From positions 1-56,426 of the forward strand of contig JALNJZ010000009.1 of assembly GCA_023261845.1 (NCBI GenBank): a stretch of DNA of 56,426 nt, given 5' to 3'. The notes under the pieces were generated by a model. The model worked only from the letters and a program-made list of their open reading frames with translations, did no database searches and was not told the origin of the DNA. A program made the translations under genes and the position numbers. This document shows positions 28,714-38,228 of the stretch, in pieces. The stretch comes from Candidatus Terraquivivens tengchongensis (GTDB taxonomy: Archaea; Thermoproteota; Nitrososphaeria_A; Caldarchaeales; Wolframiiraptoraceae). Every line of letters starts with the position of its first letter. Position 1 is the stretch's first letter.

Positions 28714-29715
28714 CTTTACGCTAACTATTGGACATGCTATGGGTAGTATGTCCTTGACTGTTAGCAACCCTGGCTTTGCCTCCATAACCCTCCGCACGGA
28801 GTTTACTACAATGGCCGCGGTTGCGATATCTCCAGGCGTGCCTGTGCTACACTTCCATGTAAGATTGGGCTCGCCGTATATTTTGACCTCTTCGTAATCC
28901 TGCTCACCAACGGCAGCGATTAGCCTTAACCTAATAAACTCCACACCGTCAAGGTATCCGATACCATGACCTATTATGCCCCTCACGTGCAATTCATCAA
29001 TTTGCACATCACCCATGGAGATTTTTTCATTTGCTAATATAGGCACAGTCATCTCGGTAACTTCCTGAAGTTTTACACCAATTATGCTGGCCATCAAGAA
29101 TATGGATTCTGAAAAGCCAACGTGGCATGTTATGTCGCCAGAGAGCAACTTCTTCCTGAACTCTTCTTGAGACAGTCCTAATCCTATCTTCTTCTGGAAG
29201 GACTTTCTTCTTTTGCTTGCATCTAGCGACCTCGTGACCTCTATTCTGCTGATCTTTACGCAAGGTGCGGTAAGCAACGAGGGTAGAAGGTCCATAAGGA
29301 AGCCAGGGTTGATGCCAAGGCCTACGACGCTTACTCCATGTTCCTTTGCTTCCCTATCAAGCTTAGCCGCCAACTCCGGATACCTATAGTACGGATACGC
29401 CAGCGTCTCGCAGGTTGATATCACGTCGGCGCGATGGGCGATTGACAGCGATATTTGATCGTACACCTTATCAAGATAACTCCCAGTAGCGTGGAACACC
29501 ACGTCGGGTTTTGCATCTTTGAGTATGGCCTCTGCATTGGACTCGACCTTTATGCCCATGAGCTTATTTAATCCCAAAACCTGACCTACGTCCTTACCTA
29601 CTATGCCTGGCGAAACGTCTATCGCTCCCACCAACTCGTAGCCGTGCTTCGTTAGTGCAACCGAAGCTATCAGCGACCCTATCGGACCTAGGCCATATGA
29701 GACAAACCTCACCAT
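28708..29715 (-). CDS. dihydrodipicolinate reductase-like / 2,4-diaminopentanoate dehydrogenase family oxidoreductase
   Basis: YGLGPIG, STCETL, GINPGFLMD, GDIATAA. Confidence 0.8.
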   Translation of the reverse strand: MVRFVSYGLGPIGSLIASVALTKHGYELVGAIDVSPGIVGKDVGQVLGLNKLMGIKVESNAEAILKDAKPDVVFHATGSYLDKVYDQISLSIAHRADVISTCETLAYPYYRYPELAAKLDREAKEHGVSVVGLGINPGFLMDLLPSLLTAPCVKISRIEVTRSLDASKRRKSFQKKIGLGLSQEEFRKKLLSGDITCHVGFSESIFLMASIIGVKLQEVTEMTVPILANEKISMGDVQIDELHVRGIIGHGIGYLDGVEFIRLRLIAAVGEQDYEEVKIYGEPNLTWKCSTGTPGDIATAAIVVNSVRRVMEAKPGLLTVKDILPIACPIVSVKL

Positions 29716-29767
29716 ATCGACTACGAGTGTTTTATCAAAAGCTCACCTATAAATCGTTATAGGTTAA

Positions 29768-31312
29768 CTAAAGCGCTTTCTTGACCTTCCCAAGCCCAGC
29801 GGGCTCCAAATTGAACACGATGGTCTTAAGCACGGTCATCTCGTCAATACTATAACCTATGCCCTCCCTACCTATGCCCGAGTCCTTCACACCGCCAAAT
29901 GGGAAGAATCCGACACCATGCCTGGGCATATCGTTTATCGTAACCTCTCCGACCTGTAACCTCTTTGCAACCTTCCACATTCTGTAAAAGTTGTTCGTGA
30001 ATACACAAGAGTCAAGCCCGTACCTTGACTTGTATGATATTTCTATCGCTTCGTCCTCGTTCTCTATCCTGACGATTGGTATGACTGGGCCAAAAGTTTC
30101 CTCCCATACTATCCTAGCATCTAGCGGAACGTAGTCGAGAACAGTCGGCTCAAAGTAGCATCCCCAGTACCTTCCGCCCCTAAGTAGCTTGGCTCCTTTG
30201 TCTATAGCATCCTTCACCAAACCATGAACATACTCTACAGCCTTTCTGTTGATCATGGGACCTATCATGACGTCCGGGTCCCTTGGGTCCCCAAACTTCC
30301 AACCATCCACTTCTCTTAACACCTTTTCAATAAAAGCATCCGCGACACTCCTTTGGACCAAAACTACGCTTATCGCGTCGCACCTTTGCCCCGCATTCTT
30401 CAATGAACCCTCAACGCACTTCTTTGCTGCAAGGTCTAAGTCCGCATCGTCGAGAACTATCGCAAGCGCCTTTCCGCCCAACTCGAGGTGCATCGGCTTT
30501 ATCGTTGACGCCTTGTAAAGCTCTTTCCCAGTACTCGTGCTACCTGTAAAGGAAACTAAGCGGACCTTCTCGCTGGACGCTAATATACTGGCAATCTTCC
30601 CCGGACCCGTAACTACGTTCAGACAACCGCGTGGCAATCCTGCCTCTTCGAGTATCCTAGCAAAAAGCAGCTGGCTTAGCGGGTCGTCGCTAGCAGGCTT
30701 GACCACCACAGAGTTGCCCGATAGGAGTGCAGGTATAATCTTCGCCGCGGGTATGTAAAGCGGGTAGTTGAACGGGCCTATCGCGCCGACTACGCCGACG
30801 GGTTCGTGGATCACCAAGGCTATCTTTCCCACAGTGTCTTCCGACCAATCACCTGGTATGTATTCACCGAATATCTTCCTCGCCTCCTCCATCGTAAGCC
30901 GCATCCTGTCAATCGTTGCCTTCACTTCACCTAGCGCATCCCTCTTGGGCTTTCCAGCCTCGAGCACTAACGTCTCAACAAAATCCTGGGCCCTTTCCTT
31001 CATGAGCTCTACCGCCAGATGGAATATCTCTATCCTGCTGATTGCGGCAATGTCCCTTATCCTTCTCTGGTTTTCTTTTGCTATGTCTATCGCCAGCTCC
31101 ATGTCTTTCTCTCCAGCTTTCTGCGCCCTTGCAACTACGCTGTCGTCGATCGGTGTATCTATATCGAACGTCTCGTTCGTCGAGGCCTTAACCCATTTAC
31201 CGTCCAAAAACATTTTAAAGACCGGTATACCGTCAGGCCCTACATCATAAATTTCGTCGAAGAATTTGCCGAGCCTCAACTTAGGCGTCCCGTACTCTAG
31301 CCTCGGCCCCAC
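29768..31312 (-). CDS. gapN: non-phosphorylating glyceraldehyde-3-phosphate dehydrogenase (ALDH superfamily)
   Basis: GEYIPGDW, PFNYPL, FTGS, LELGGK, AGQRC, EETFGP; resembles archaeal GAPN. Confidence 0.85.
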   Translation of the reverse strand: MGPRLEYGTPKLRLGKFFDEIYDVGPDGIPVFKMFLDGKWVKASTNETFDIDTPIDDSVVARAQKAGEKDMELAIDIAKENQRRIRDIAAISRIEIFHLAVELMKERAQDFVETLVLEAGKPKRDALGEVKATIDRMRLTMEEARKIFGEYIPGDWSEDTVGKIALVIHEPVGVVGAIGPFNYPLYIPAAKIIPALLSGNSVVVKPASDDPLSQLLFARILEEAGLPRGCLNVVTGPGKIASILASSEKVRLVSFTGSTSTGKELYKASTIKPMHLELGGKALAIVLDDADLDLAAKKCVEGSLKNAGQRCDAISVVLVQRSVADAFIEKVLREVDGWKFGDPRDPDVMIGPMINRKAVEYVHGLVKDAIDKGAKLLRGGRYWGCYFEPTVLDYVPLDARIVWEETFGPVIPIVRIENEDEAIEISYKSRYGLDSCVFTNNFYRMWKVAKRLQVGEVTINDMPRHGVGFFPFGGVKDSGIGREGIGYSIDEMTVLKTIVFNLEPAGLGKVKKAL

Positions 31313-31422
31313 GAAGGACAGACAAATTCACCCTATCAGAATAAAGTTCGCAGGATATATTAAAAAGCTTTGGCTCGCTTGTTTTAGAGAGGCTTATATA
31401 GGTTTTAAGGATTAGCAATTTT

Positions 31423-32964
31423 GTGAAAGAAGGTAAGTATGTTGCGGCCGTTGATCAGGGGACAACCGGTACTAGGTGCATGATCTTTGACGTTGAGAGC
31501 AACATAATAGGGTGGGTTTATGAGGAGCATAGGCAGATATACCCGATGCCTGGATGGGTTGAGCACGACCCCATCGAGATATGGGAGAAAACATGCTATG
31601 TGGTCTCCGAGACATTAAAGCGTTCTGGCGTAGACCCTAAGGAGATAGCGGCGATCGGTGTCACGAACCAGCGTGAGACGACCGTAGTTTGGGACCCTAA
31701 GACTGGAAAGCCTCTAGCGAACGCAATAGTCTGGCAGGATACTAGGACAAAGGACATCTGCGAGTGGTTAAGAAGGGAAAACTACGAGGAAACGCTGATA
31801 CACCCAAGGACTGGTGTCTTTTCCTTCACATACTTCTCCGGCCCGAAGATCAAGTGGCTCCTTGAAAACGTACCGGGCCTGATGGAGAAAGCCAAGAAGG
31901 GCGAGGTAAAGTTTGGGACGATAGATTCCTGGCTCATCTGGAACCTAACGGGCGGACCAAACGGTGGCGTACACGTAACCGATTACACGAACGCCTCTAG
32001 GACTATGCTGATGGACATAAAGAAGCTCGAGTGGTGCGAAGAAATACTTGAGCTCCTAAGAATACCTGATGCCATCCTGCCCGAGATAAGACCGTCTTCT
32101 GATAAGTCGATCTATGGTTACACTAAACCTGATGGCCCATTCGGCGCAGAGATACCCGTTTGCGGCGACCTCGGAGACCAGCAGGCAGCGCTGGTGGGTC
32201 AAGTCTGCTTTGATGAAGGGATGGCGAAGAACACTTACGGCACCGGTTGTTTCTTGCTGCAAAACATAGGCACGAAACCCAAACTCTCCAAGCACGGCTT
32301 GCTGACGACGGCAGCATACAGTATGGAGCCTGGTAAGTGCACCTATGCACTCGAGGGCTCTATAGCCGTGACGGGTGCGGCGATACAATGGTTAAGGGAC
32401 AATCTGAAGATAATAAGCTCAGCCCCCGAGACTGAAGCGATAGCAAGGTCCGTGGAGCATGAAGGGTCAGGCGGCGTTTACTTCGTACCGGCTTTTAGCG
32501 GGCTTTTTGCACCGTACTGGGACCTAGATGCTAGGGGCATCATAGTGGGCCTGACAAGGTTCACAAGAAGGGAGCACATAGTTCACGCGACGCTAGAAAG
32601 CATATGCTATCAAACGAGGGATGTGCTCGAGTCCATAATGTCTGACACCGGTAGCAGATTGACGGAGCTTAAGGTGGACGGAGGTGCGGCAGTCAACGAC
32701 TATCTGATGCAGCTTCAATCGGACATAATCGGTACCAAAGTCATAAGGCCCAAGATTACCGAGACTACATCGCTAGGTTGCGTTTATGCTGCGGGTCTCG
32801 CAATCGGCTTTTGGAAAAACTTCGATGAGCTGAAAAAACTCTGGAAAGTTGATAAGGTGTTCCAGCCGAGATGGTCCGAAGAGAAAAGGGAAAAAATGTA
32901 TATCGGATGGAAGGCAGCAGTAAACCGTGCCAAAGGCTGGCTTAAGGACATCAGCGTTATGTGA
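31423..32964 (+). CDS. glpK: glycerol kinase
   Basis: [45 protein letters not shown]. Confidence 0.98.
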   Translation: MKEGKYVAAVDQGTTGTRCMIFDVESNIIGWVYEEHRQIYPMPGWVEHDPIEIWEKTCYVVSETLKRSGVDPKEIAAIGVTNQRETTVVWDPKTGKPLANAIVWQDTRTKDICEWLRRENYEETLIHPRTGVFSFTYFSGPKIKWLLENVPGLMEKAKKGEVKFGTIDSWLIWNLTGGPNGGVHVTDYTNASRTMLMDIKKLEWCEEILELLRIPDAILPEIRPSSDKSIYGYTKPDGPFGAEIPVCGDLGDQQAALVGQVCFDEGMAKNTYGTGCFLLQNIGTKPKLSKHGLLTTAAYSMEPGKCTYALEGSIAVTGAAIQWLRDNLKIISSAPETEAIARSVEHEGSGGVYFVPAFSGLFAPYWDLDARGIIVGLTRFTRREHIVHATLESICYQTRDVLESIMSDTGSRLTELKVDGGAAVNDYLMQLQSDIIGTKVIRPKITETTSLGCVYAAGLAIGFWKNFDELKKLWKVDKVFQPRWSEEKREKMYIGWKAAVNRAKGWLKDISVM

Positions 32965-32970
32965 TGCTTC

Positions 32971-34257
32971 TTGGGAAGATATGATGTAATAGTAATAGGT
33001 GGCGGCGTAACTGGCTTAGCGGTCACGTACGACCTAGCATCGAGAGGCCTCAAGCCGTTGCTACTCGAAAGGAACGATATGATGAGCGGCACGTCTGGGA
33101 AGTATCATGGACTCCTTCACAGCGGTGCAAGATATGCCGTTAACGACCCCGAAGCAGCTTACGAGTGTGCGGTTGAGAACAAGATAATAAAGGAAATCGC
33201 AGGGCACTGCGTAGAGGACACTGGTGGGTATTTTGTCCTGTTAGACGAGGAGGAATATTACGATGAGTTCAAGAAAGGGTGCAAAGAGAACAAAATACCG
33301 ATAAAGGATGTAGATGTTGATGAAGCCCTGAAGGAGGAACCGAACCTCAATCCAAACATTAAGGCGGTCGTCGAGGTTCAGGATGCAGTCCTATATGCTT
33401 ACAAGTTCGCCGTCAGCTTAGGCCTAGCCGCTAAGATGAACGGTGCTGACATGCGAGCATACAACGAAGTTATCGGGTTGCTAAGGAAAGGCGGACGTGT
33501 CGTTGGCGTAAAGGTCTTGGATAAAATCAACAACAGAGTGTATGAGGAGGGGGCTGAGGTAATTATCGTAACGGCAGGACCTTGGTCGGAAAAAATCCTG
33601 AACATGACAGGCATAAGGAACATCAAGATGATTCTAACGGCTGGCACGATGGCCGTTGTCCCGTATAGACTATCCAAGAGGGTCATCAACAAGATGAGGG
33701 TTCCATCCGACGGTGACATAGTTGTGCCGTACGGTAACAATTCTATAGTCGGTACGACTGCGTACGTGATAGAGGACCCCGACAACTACACAATACCGCA
33801 GGAAGATGCTGAGTTCCTCATGGAGGAGGGTAGCGTCATATTCCCCGCGATCAAAAAAATAGGGTTTTCCAGAATGTACTCGTCCGTCAGGCCTCTGATA
33901 TCCATGGGTGAGGAGATTGATACGAGGAAGATATCTAGACGTTATGAGATATACGACCATGAGGAGCTTCACGGCGTAGAAGGGTTGCTTAGCGCTATAG
34001 GCGGCAAGTTAACGACGGCGCGTGCCATGGCAGAAGCGATATCCGACCTCGCATGTAAGAAGCTTGGTGTTAAGAAGGCGTGCAAGACAAAGGAGACGAA
34101 GCTCCCAAACCCGCTCGAGGCTTTAAGCGCCGAGCATCTGAAAACGAAGGGAAGTCCTGAGAGTCTCGTCAGAAGAGTTTTTGAGAAAAAAGGAACGATA
34201 GACGAAGAATTGCTGATAAATGCTCTTTACATATTAATCGCATCCTCTTTATGGTGA
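32971..34257 (+). CDS. glpA: FAD-dependent glycerol-3-phosphate dehydrogenase (GlpA-like, short form)
   Basis: IGGGVTG, GTSGKYHGLLHSGARY, VRPL, GGKLTT; no C-terminal Cys cluster. Confidence 0.9.
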   Translation: MGRYDVIVIGGGVTGLAVTYDLASRGLKPLLLERNDMMSGTSGKYHGLLHSGARYAVNDPEAAYECAVENKIIKEIAGHCVEDTGGYFVLLDEEEYYDEFKKGCKENKIPIKDVDVDEALKEEPNLNPNIKAVVEVQDAVLYAYKFAVSLGLAAKMNGADMRAYNEVIGLLRKGGRVVGVKVLDKINNRVYEEGAEVIIVTAGPWSEKILNMTGIRNIKMILTAGTMAVVPYRLSKRVINKMRVPSDGDIVVPYGNNSIVGTTAYVIEDPDNYTIPQEDAEFLMEEGSVIFPAIKKIGFSRMYSSVRPLISMGEEIDTRKISRRYEIYDHEELHGVEGLLSAIGGKLTTARAMAEAISDLACKKLGVKKACKTKETKLPNPLEALSAEHLKTKGSPESLVRRVFEKKGTIDEELLINALYILIASSLW

Positions 34258-34263
34258 TGCATA

Positions 34264-34743
34264 TTGATAAAAATCTCAGACAAGTTTGTGGTTAAAGCGA
34301 AGCTCGAGGACGTTTGGTCCATTGTGAGTAACATGCCGGAGGTTGTGTCATGCTTCCCAAACGTGCAGAAGATCGAGACGCTAAGCGACGGTAGCGTGAA
34401 GGTTACGTTCAGGGTTGACGTCTCCGGTGCCGAAGATAAGAGTCTAACTTCATATCTTTCCAGAATTACCGGGAAGATGGACGTAAGATACACAGAACTC
34501 AACCCGATGGAATCTTTGAACGTGAACGCCAAAGGCTCTATCGCAGGCACAAAGGTTTTTGTAAACCTATCAGTCAGCCTATCGAGCCTTCCAGACGGTT
34601 CTACGCAGGTTGCTTACGACGTGGAGGCTGATGCGGGTATGCTGGCGAAACTATTCGGCATGGGTCTCATACAGAAGATCATCGAGAGCAACGCCTCAGC
34701 ATTCGTGCAAAAATTCAGGAGAATGCTCGAGAAAAGCGGGTAG
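34264..34743 (+). CDS. CoxG/SRPBCC family protein
   Basis: VW..VSNMPEVVSCFP, START-like fold; co-transcribed with glpA. Confidence 0.85.
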   Translation: MIKISDKFVVKAKLEDVWSIVSNMPEVVSCFPNVQKIETLSDGSVKVTFRVDVSGAEDKSLTSYLSRITGKMDVRYTELNPMESLNVNAKGSIAGTKVFVNLSVSLSSLPDGSTQVAYDVEADAGMLAKLFGMGLIQKIIESNASAFVQKFRRMLEKSG

Positions 34744-34749
34744 GCTTGC

Positions 34750-35307
34750 TTGTTAACGGACCTGACGGTTTTGCTAACTAAACGGCTGAGACCCGTCGGG
34801 AAGCTATCATCACATGAGAGCTCTGCCGCTGTCGTGCTGATACTACTTCCAAGCAACAACGGTATCGAAATACTCTTCGTGAAACGCAAAGACGACCCTA
34901 ACGATCCATGGTCGGGTCAAGTTGCGCTGCCTGGAGGTCGTTGGAACCCTTCGGATAATTCTATACTAGAGACCGCAATCAGAGAGACGTTCGAGGAGGT
35001 TGGAATACTGCTCGACGCTAAAAGCATGGTGCTAGGCGCTTTGCCGGACGTGAGGTCTTTCAGAGACCCTGCTATGCTGGTAACGCCTTTCGTCGCCCTT
35101 CTGGAAGAAAGACAGCCGGTCAAGCTCTCTCCAGAGCTTTCAAGCTACTTCTGGGCACCGATCAAGGACTTAAGAGAGGCTGAAGTCGAAGTCAGCTTAC
35201 GGGACGGCGAAACGAAAGCCGTTAAGGCATACGTTTACGGAGAACATGTGATATGGGGATTAACAGCGCGTATACTCGAATCGTTTCTAAAAATTTTAGA
35301 AGGTTGA
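34750..35307 (+). CDS. Nudix hydrolase, CoA pyrophosphatase type
   Basis: DPWSGQVALPGG, TAIRETFEEVG, IWGLTARIL. Confidence 0.92.
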   Translation: MLTDLTVLLTKRLRPVGKLSSHESSAAVVLILLPSNNGIEILFVKRKDDPNDPWSGQVALPGGRWNPSDNSILETAIRETFEEVGILLDAKSMVLGALPDVRSFRDPAMLVTPFVALLEERQPVKLSPELSSYFWAPIKDLREAEVEVSLRDGETKAVKAYVYGEHVIWGLTARILESFLKILEG

Positions 35308-35421
35308 AGATGTTCTAATCGCTTAGACATGTGCTAGAATTTTGTACAAATATACGTGCGTATATTTCAAAAATTTGGAAGACGAAAAGGATATCTCCGA
35401 GACCTTCGCCGCCTCTGCGGA

Positions 35422-35517
35422 ATGATGAAAATAACGAAGAGGGGGGCGATCGCGCTGTTTTTGGTTGTGCTGGAGGCTATGCTTATCTGCATAATAATCT
35501 ATGCCGCGCTGATGTAA
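35422..35517 (+). CDS. possible 31-aa single-TM microprotein
   Basis: MMKITKRGAIALFLVVLEAMLICIIIYAALM*. Confidence 0.4.
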   Translation: MMKITKRGAIALFLVVLEAMLICIIIYAALM

Positions 35518-35545
35518 CGCTAAAATACTCGGAACGAAAGGTCTT

Positions 35546-35785
35546 ATGCTGATGAACTGGATGACTGTTATCGGTCTAATTCTGCTCTTCTTGGGCGTAC
35601 TCATAGTGCTGGTCGCAATAGGTTTTCTGAGAAGCTTGGGTGGTAGTGGAAAGACGCGCTTCGGTGGTGTAATCATGCTAGGGCCAATACCGATAATCTT
35701 CGGCGATAGAAGCTTTACTAGCATTCTCTTAATCGTTGCCGCGGTGTTTATGATAATGTTCGTAGTGCTTACGTTCGTTCTTTAG
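35546..35785 (+). CDS. DUF131/TIGR00304 small membrane protein
   Basis: GGVIMLGPIPIIFG. Confidence 0.85.
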   Translation: MLMNWMTVIGLILLFLGVLIVLVAIGFLRSLGGSGKTRFGGVIMLGPIPIIFGDRSFTSILLIVAAVFMIMFVVLTFVL

Positions 35786-35809
35786 CATTTTGGGAAGTGT
35801 GTAGCGGAG

Positions 35810-36115
35810 GTGCGCTTCGTGGAAGATTCTATGAAACAAAATCCCTTGAATGTCTTCGTGTTGCTTGCGGTAGGTATAGCCTTGATCTTCCTTGCTGTGT
35901 TTTTGATAATCGTAGGCATGTTATCGACCCTACCGGTAGACGTGAAGGGTGGCGCCTTTTTCTTGATAGGTCCTTTTCCACTTGTGCTGACGTTCGATAA
36001 CCCTGCATCTTGGCTGATAGTTGTACTGCCCGTTTTGCTCATCCTAGTTCCTCTGCTACTCATCATGATTTGGCTAAGGCATGGTAGCATGGAGCAAGCA
36101 AAGACCGAGGAATAA
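35810..36115 (+). CDS. DUF131-like small membrane protein, tandem paralog
   Basis: GGAFFLIGPFPLV between TM helices. Confidence 0.7.
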   Translation: MRFVEDSMKQNPLNVFVLLAVGIALIFLAVFLIIVGMLSTLPVDVKGGAFFLIGPFPLVLTFDNPASWLIVVLPVLLILVPLLLIMIWLRHGSMEQAKTEE

Positions 36116-36119
36116 GGAT

Positions 36120-36839
36120 ATGGTGACTAGACGTCGCTTCATTGTTATATCGTCTTTGGTGATTGCCGGAGCATGCCTGTCCATAGGTTATGTAACGACA
36201 AAGGAGCTCGAGGTAACGCGCCTGAACCTCGGCCTAGGTAGGAAAATAGCTTTCTTAACAGACTTACACATCCACGAAATCGACGACGTTAAGGAGAAGG
36301 TTTTAAACATCGTAGCGAACGAGCAGCCCGATGCCATTCTTTTGGGAGGAGATACCGTGGACGCTTTAACCTTCAACATGGACGTCGTAAAAAAGTACGT
36401 TTCGATGCTGGAAGCGAATGAAAAGTTTGCTGTCATGGGAAACCATGAGTACTGGAGCGGCAAGGCTGAAGAGCTTGCAGGAATTTTGAAGGACAACGGT
36501 TTCATCCTCCTCAAGGATACGTTCGCCCAAGCATCATTCGGAAGGATATGCGGTCTCGACTGGAGGGAAGATAGAAAGTATCCAGAGCTCAGGTTTGATG
36601 GTCTGGTGATCGTGCACGACCCGAACGCTGCTCTGAGCATATCGGGCGCTCGCACCATCCTAGCAGGACATACGCACGGAGGTGTGGTTATAGCCGGCCA
36701 GACTATCTACTCAAACTCTGTTTATGTGAGGGGGTTGTACAGGCTCAAGGATGATGGCATACTTTACGTTTCAAGAGGTTTGGGTCAAATGTTTCCATTT
36801 AGGTACACCTCGTCCCTGGAACTCGTGATCGTCGAATAG
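36120..36839 (+). CDS. calcineurin-like metallophosphoesterase with Tat-like N-terminus
   Basis: TRRRF, TDLH, GGD, GNHE, HDP, AGHTHGG, VSRGLG. Confidence 0.9.
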   Translation: MVTRRRFIVISSLVIAGACLSIGYVTTKELEVTRLNLGLGRKIAFLTDLHIHEIDDVKEKVLNIVANEQPDAILLGGDTVDALTFNMDVVKKYVSMLEANEKFAVMGNHEYWSGKAEELAGILKDNGFILLKDTFAQASFGRICGLDWREDRKYPELRFDGLVIVHDPNAALSISGARTILAGHTHGGVVIAGQTIYSNSVYVRGLYRLKDDGILYVSRGLGQMFPFRYTSSLELVIVE

Positions 36840-36880
36840 ATGTGCCAGACAAGGCTTAAATTGTAGCCGGGCTAGATAGA

Positions 36881-37105
36881 ATGTGGAAGGAGGTTAAGGA
36901 ACTGCGATTCTGTCCGGATTGTGGCGGAACGATGTTCTACGACAGGGAAACTAGGCAATATGTGTGCAACAGCTGCGGTGTTTCTTACACAATACAGGAG
37001 CTTGTGATGATAAAGGAGAAGAAGATGAGCCTCAAAGAGGAGCAGGAAAGGAAGAAGCGACAAAAAGAAGAGTATCTTGAATGGTGGCTTAGCAAGAAGA
37101 AATAA
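36881..37105 (+). CDS. small Zn-ribbon protein
   Basis: FCPDCGG..YVCNSCG, coiled coil, EYLEWWL. Confidence 0.8.
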   Translation: MWKEVKELRFCPDCGGTMFYDRETRQYVCNSCGVSYTIQELVMIKEKKMSLKEEQERKKRQKEEYLEWWLSKKK

Positions 37106-37117
37106 CATGCGCTGACT

Positions 37118-38116
37118 TTACTCATGAATTGTTGTTATGACGTCATCCGCCGGGCTAACGTCCTTAGGCTTCCAGAAAGGCTCCCTTAAATAAACGGCTT
37201 TAACGAATAATCTTTCGAGCTCCTCGTCCGAGGTACCGTTCCTCATCGGTGTCAAAAAATCCACGTGATTATCGTCTCTCATCAAGCATGGTTTAAACTT
37301 TCCATCATGTGTTATCCTGATCCTTGAATCGTTCATACAGAAGTCGCAATTCCTCATGGGCCTTACGACCTCAACCCAAACGTTTTCTGGTAGAAGGTAC
37401 TGCCGCCTCATCTGCAGTTTACGCGTTACGCATTTTATTGCCCTCTTTTTCAAAACTTCCTCAACAGGTCCTAGGTTGTAGTAATATTTTTGGAAAAACT
37501 CAGCGTCCGATGCACCGCCTTCATGAACAAGCTCTATCAGCTGAAGTATGCAGTTCTCGTGTCCTAGGTTTTTTACGAACTTTATCATATCATCGATTTC
37601 ATCCTCGTTAACACCCCTCATGACCACAACGTTCAGCTTCACAACATCCATGCCAGCATTCAACGCGGCTTTTATCGCCTCAATCGTGTACTGCAACCTC
37701 TTTCCACCGTCGGCTGGTCCCGTACCGACTATCCAGCAAAATTTCTGCGGGTTTATGCTGTGTAGACTAATGTTTACCCTACTTAAGCCAGCCTCCCGCA
37801 ACCTTTTTGCAAGCTGCGGAAGCCTTGTGCCGTTCGTCGTCATGGATATGTCTTTGAACCCGAGGTTGTGCAACCTTTCGATTATCTCGACTATGTCGTT
37901 CCTTAACATCGGCTCGCCACCGGTCAGCTTAACGCTATTTATGCCGAACTTCTTCAGAACCTTCATTATCCTCTCTATCTCTTCCGGTGTCATCATGGTC
38001 TCCACATCTTCGTAAACTCCTTCCATGTGGCAAAAGATGCACCTGAAGTTGCACTTAGTACTCGGCGTGAGTGATATCCTGACGCCGTTTATAGGTCTGC
38101 TGTACCTATCAAACAG
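37118..38116 (-). CDS. moaA: GTP 3',8-cyclase (Mo/W cofactor biosynthesis)
   Basis: Frame is open upstream of ATG 38026: LFDRYSRP..RISLT..CNFRCIFCH; also TGGEP and FCMNDSRIRIT.DGKFKPCL. Start codon uncertain. Confidence 0.93.
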   Translation of the reverse strand: MFDRYSRPINGVRISLTPSTKCNFRCIFCHMEGVYEDVETMMTPEEIERIMKVLKKFGINSVKLTGGEPMLRNDIVEIIERLHNLGFKDISMTTNGTRLPQLAKRLREAGLSRVNISLHSINPQKFCWIVGTGPADGGKRLQYTIEAIKAALNAGMDVVKLNVVVMRGVNEDEIDDMIKFVKNLGHENCILQLIELVHEGGASDAEFFQKYYYNLGPVEEVLKKRAIKCVTRKLQMRRQYLLPENVWVEVVRPMRNCDFCMNDSRIRITHDGKFKPCLMRDDNHVDFLTPMRNGTSDEELERLFVKAVYLREPFWKPKDVSPADDVITTIHE

Positions 38117-38228
38117 CTGCGTGCTTAGTCACCCTTTTACAAGGGATATCGTAAACAAATTTTTTGTTTTGGTGACATATAAATACTATGCCGTCTGGCT
38201 TAAGTATCGTGTTCTTGTGTTTTCCTAA

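Noticed and set aside
35331-35552. 73-aa ORF on the + strand
   Set aside because: No motif; an overlapping frame gives a more plausible small TM peptide.
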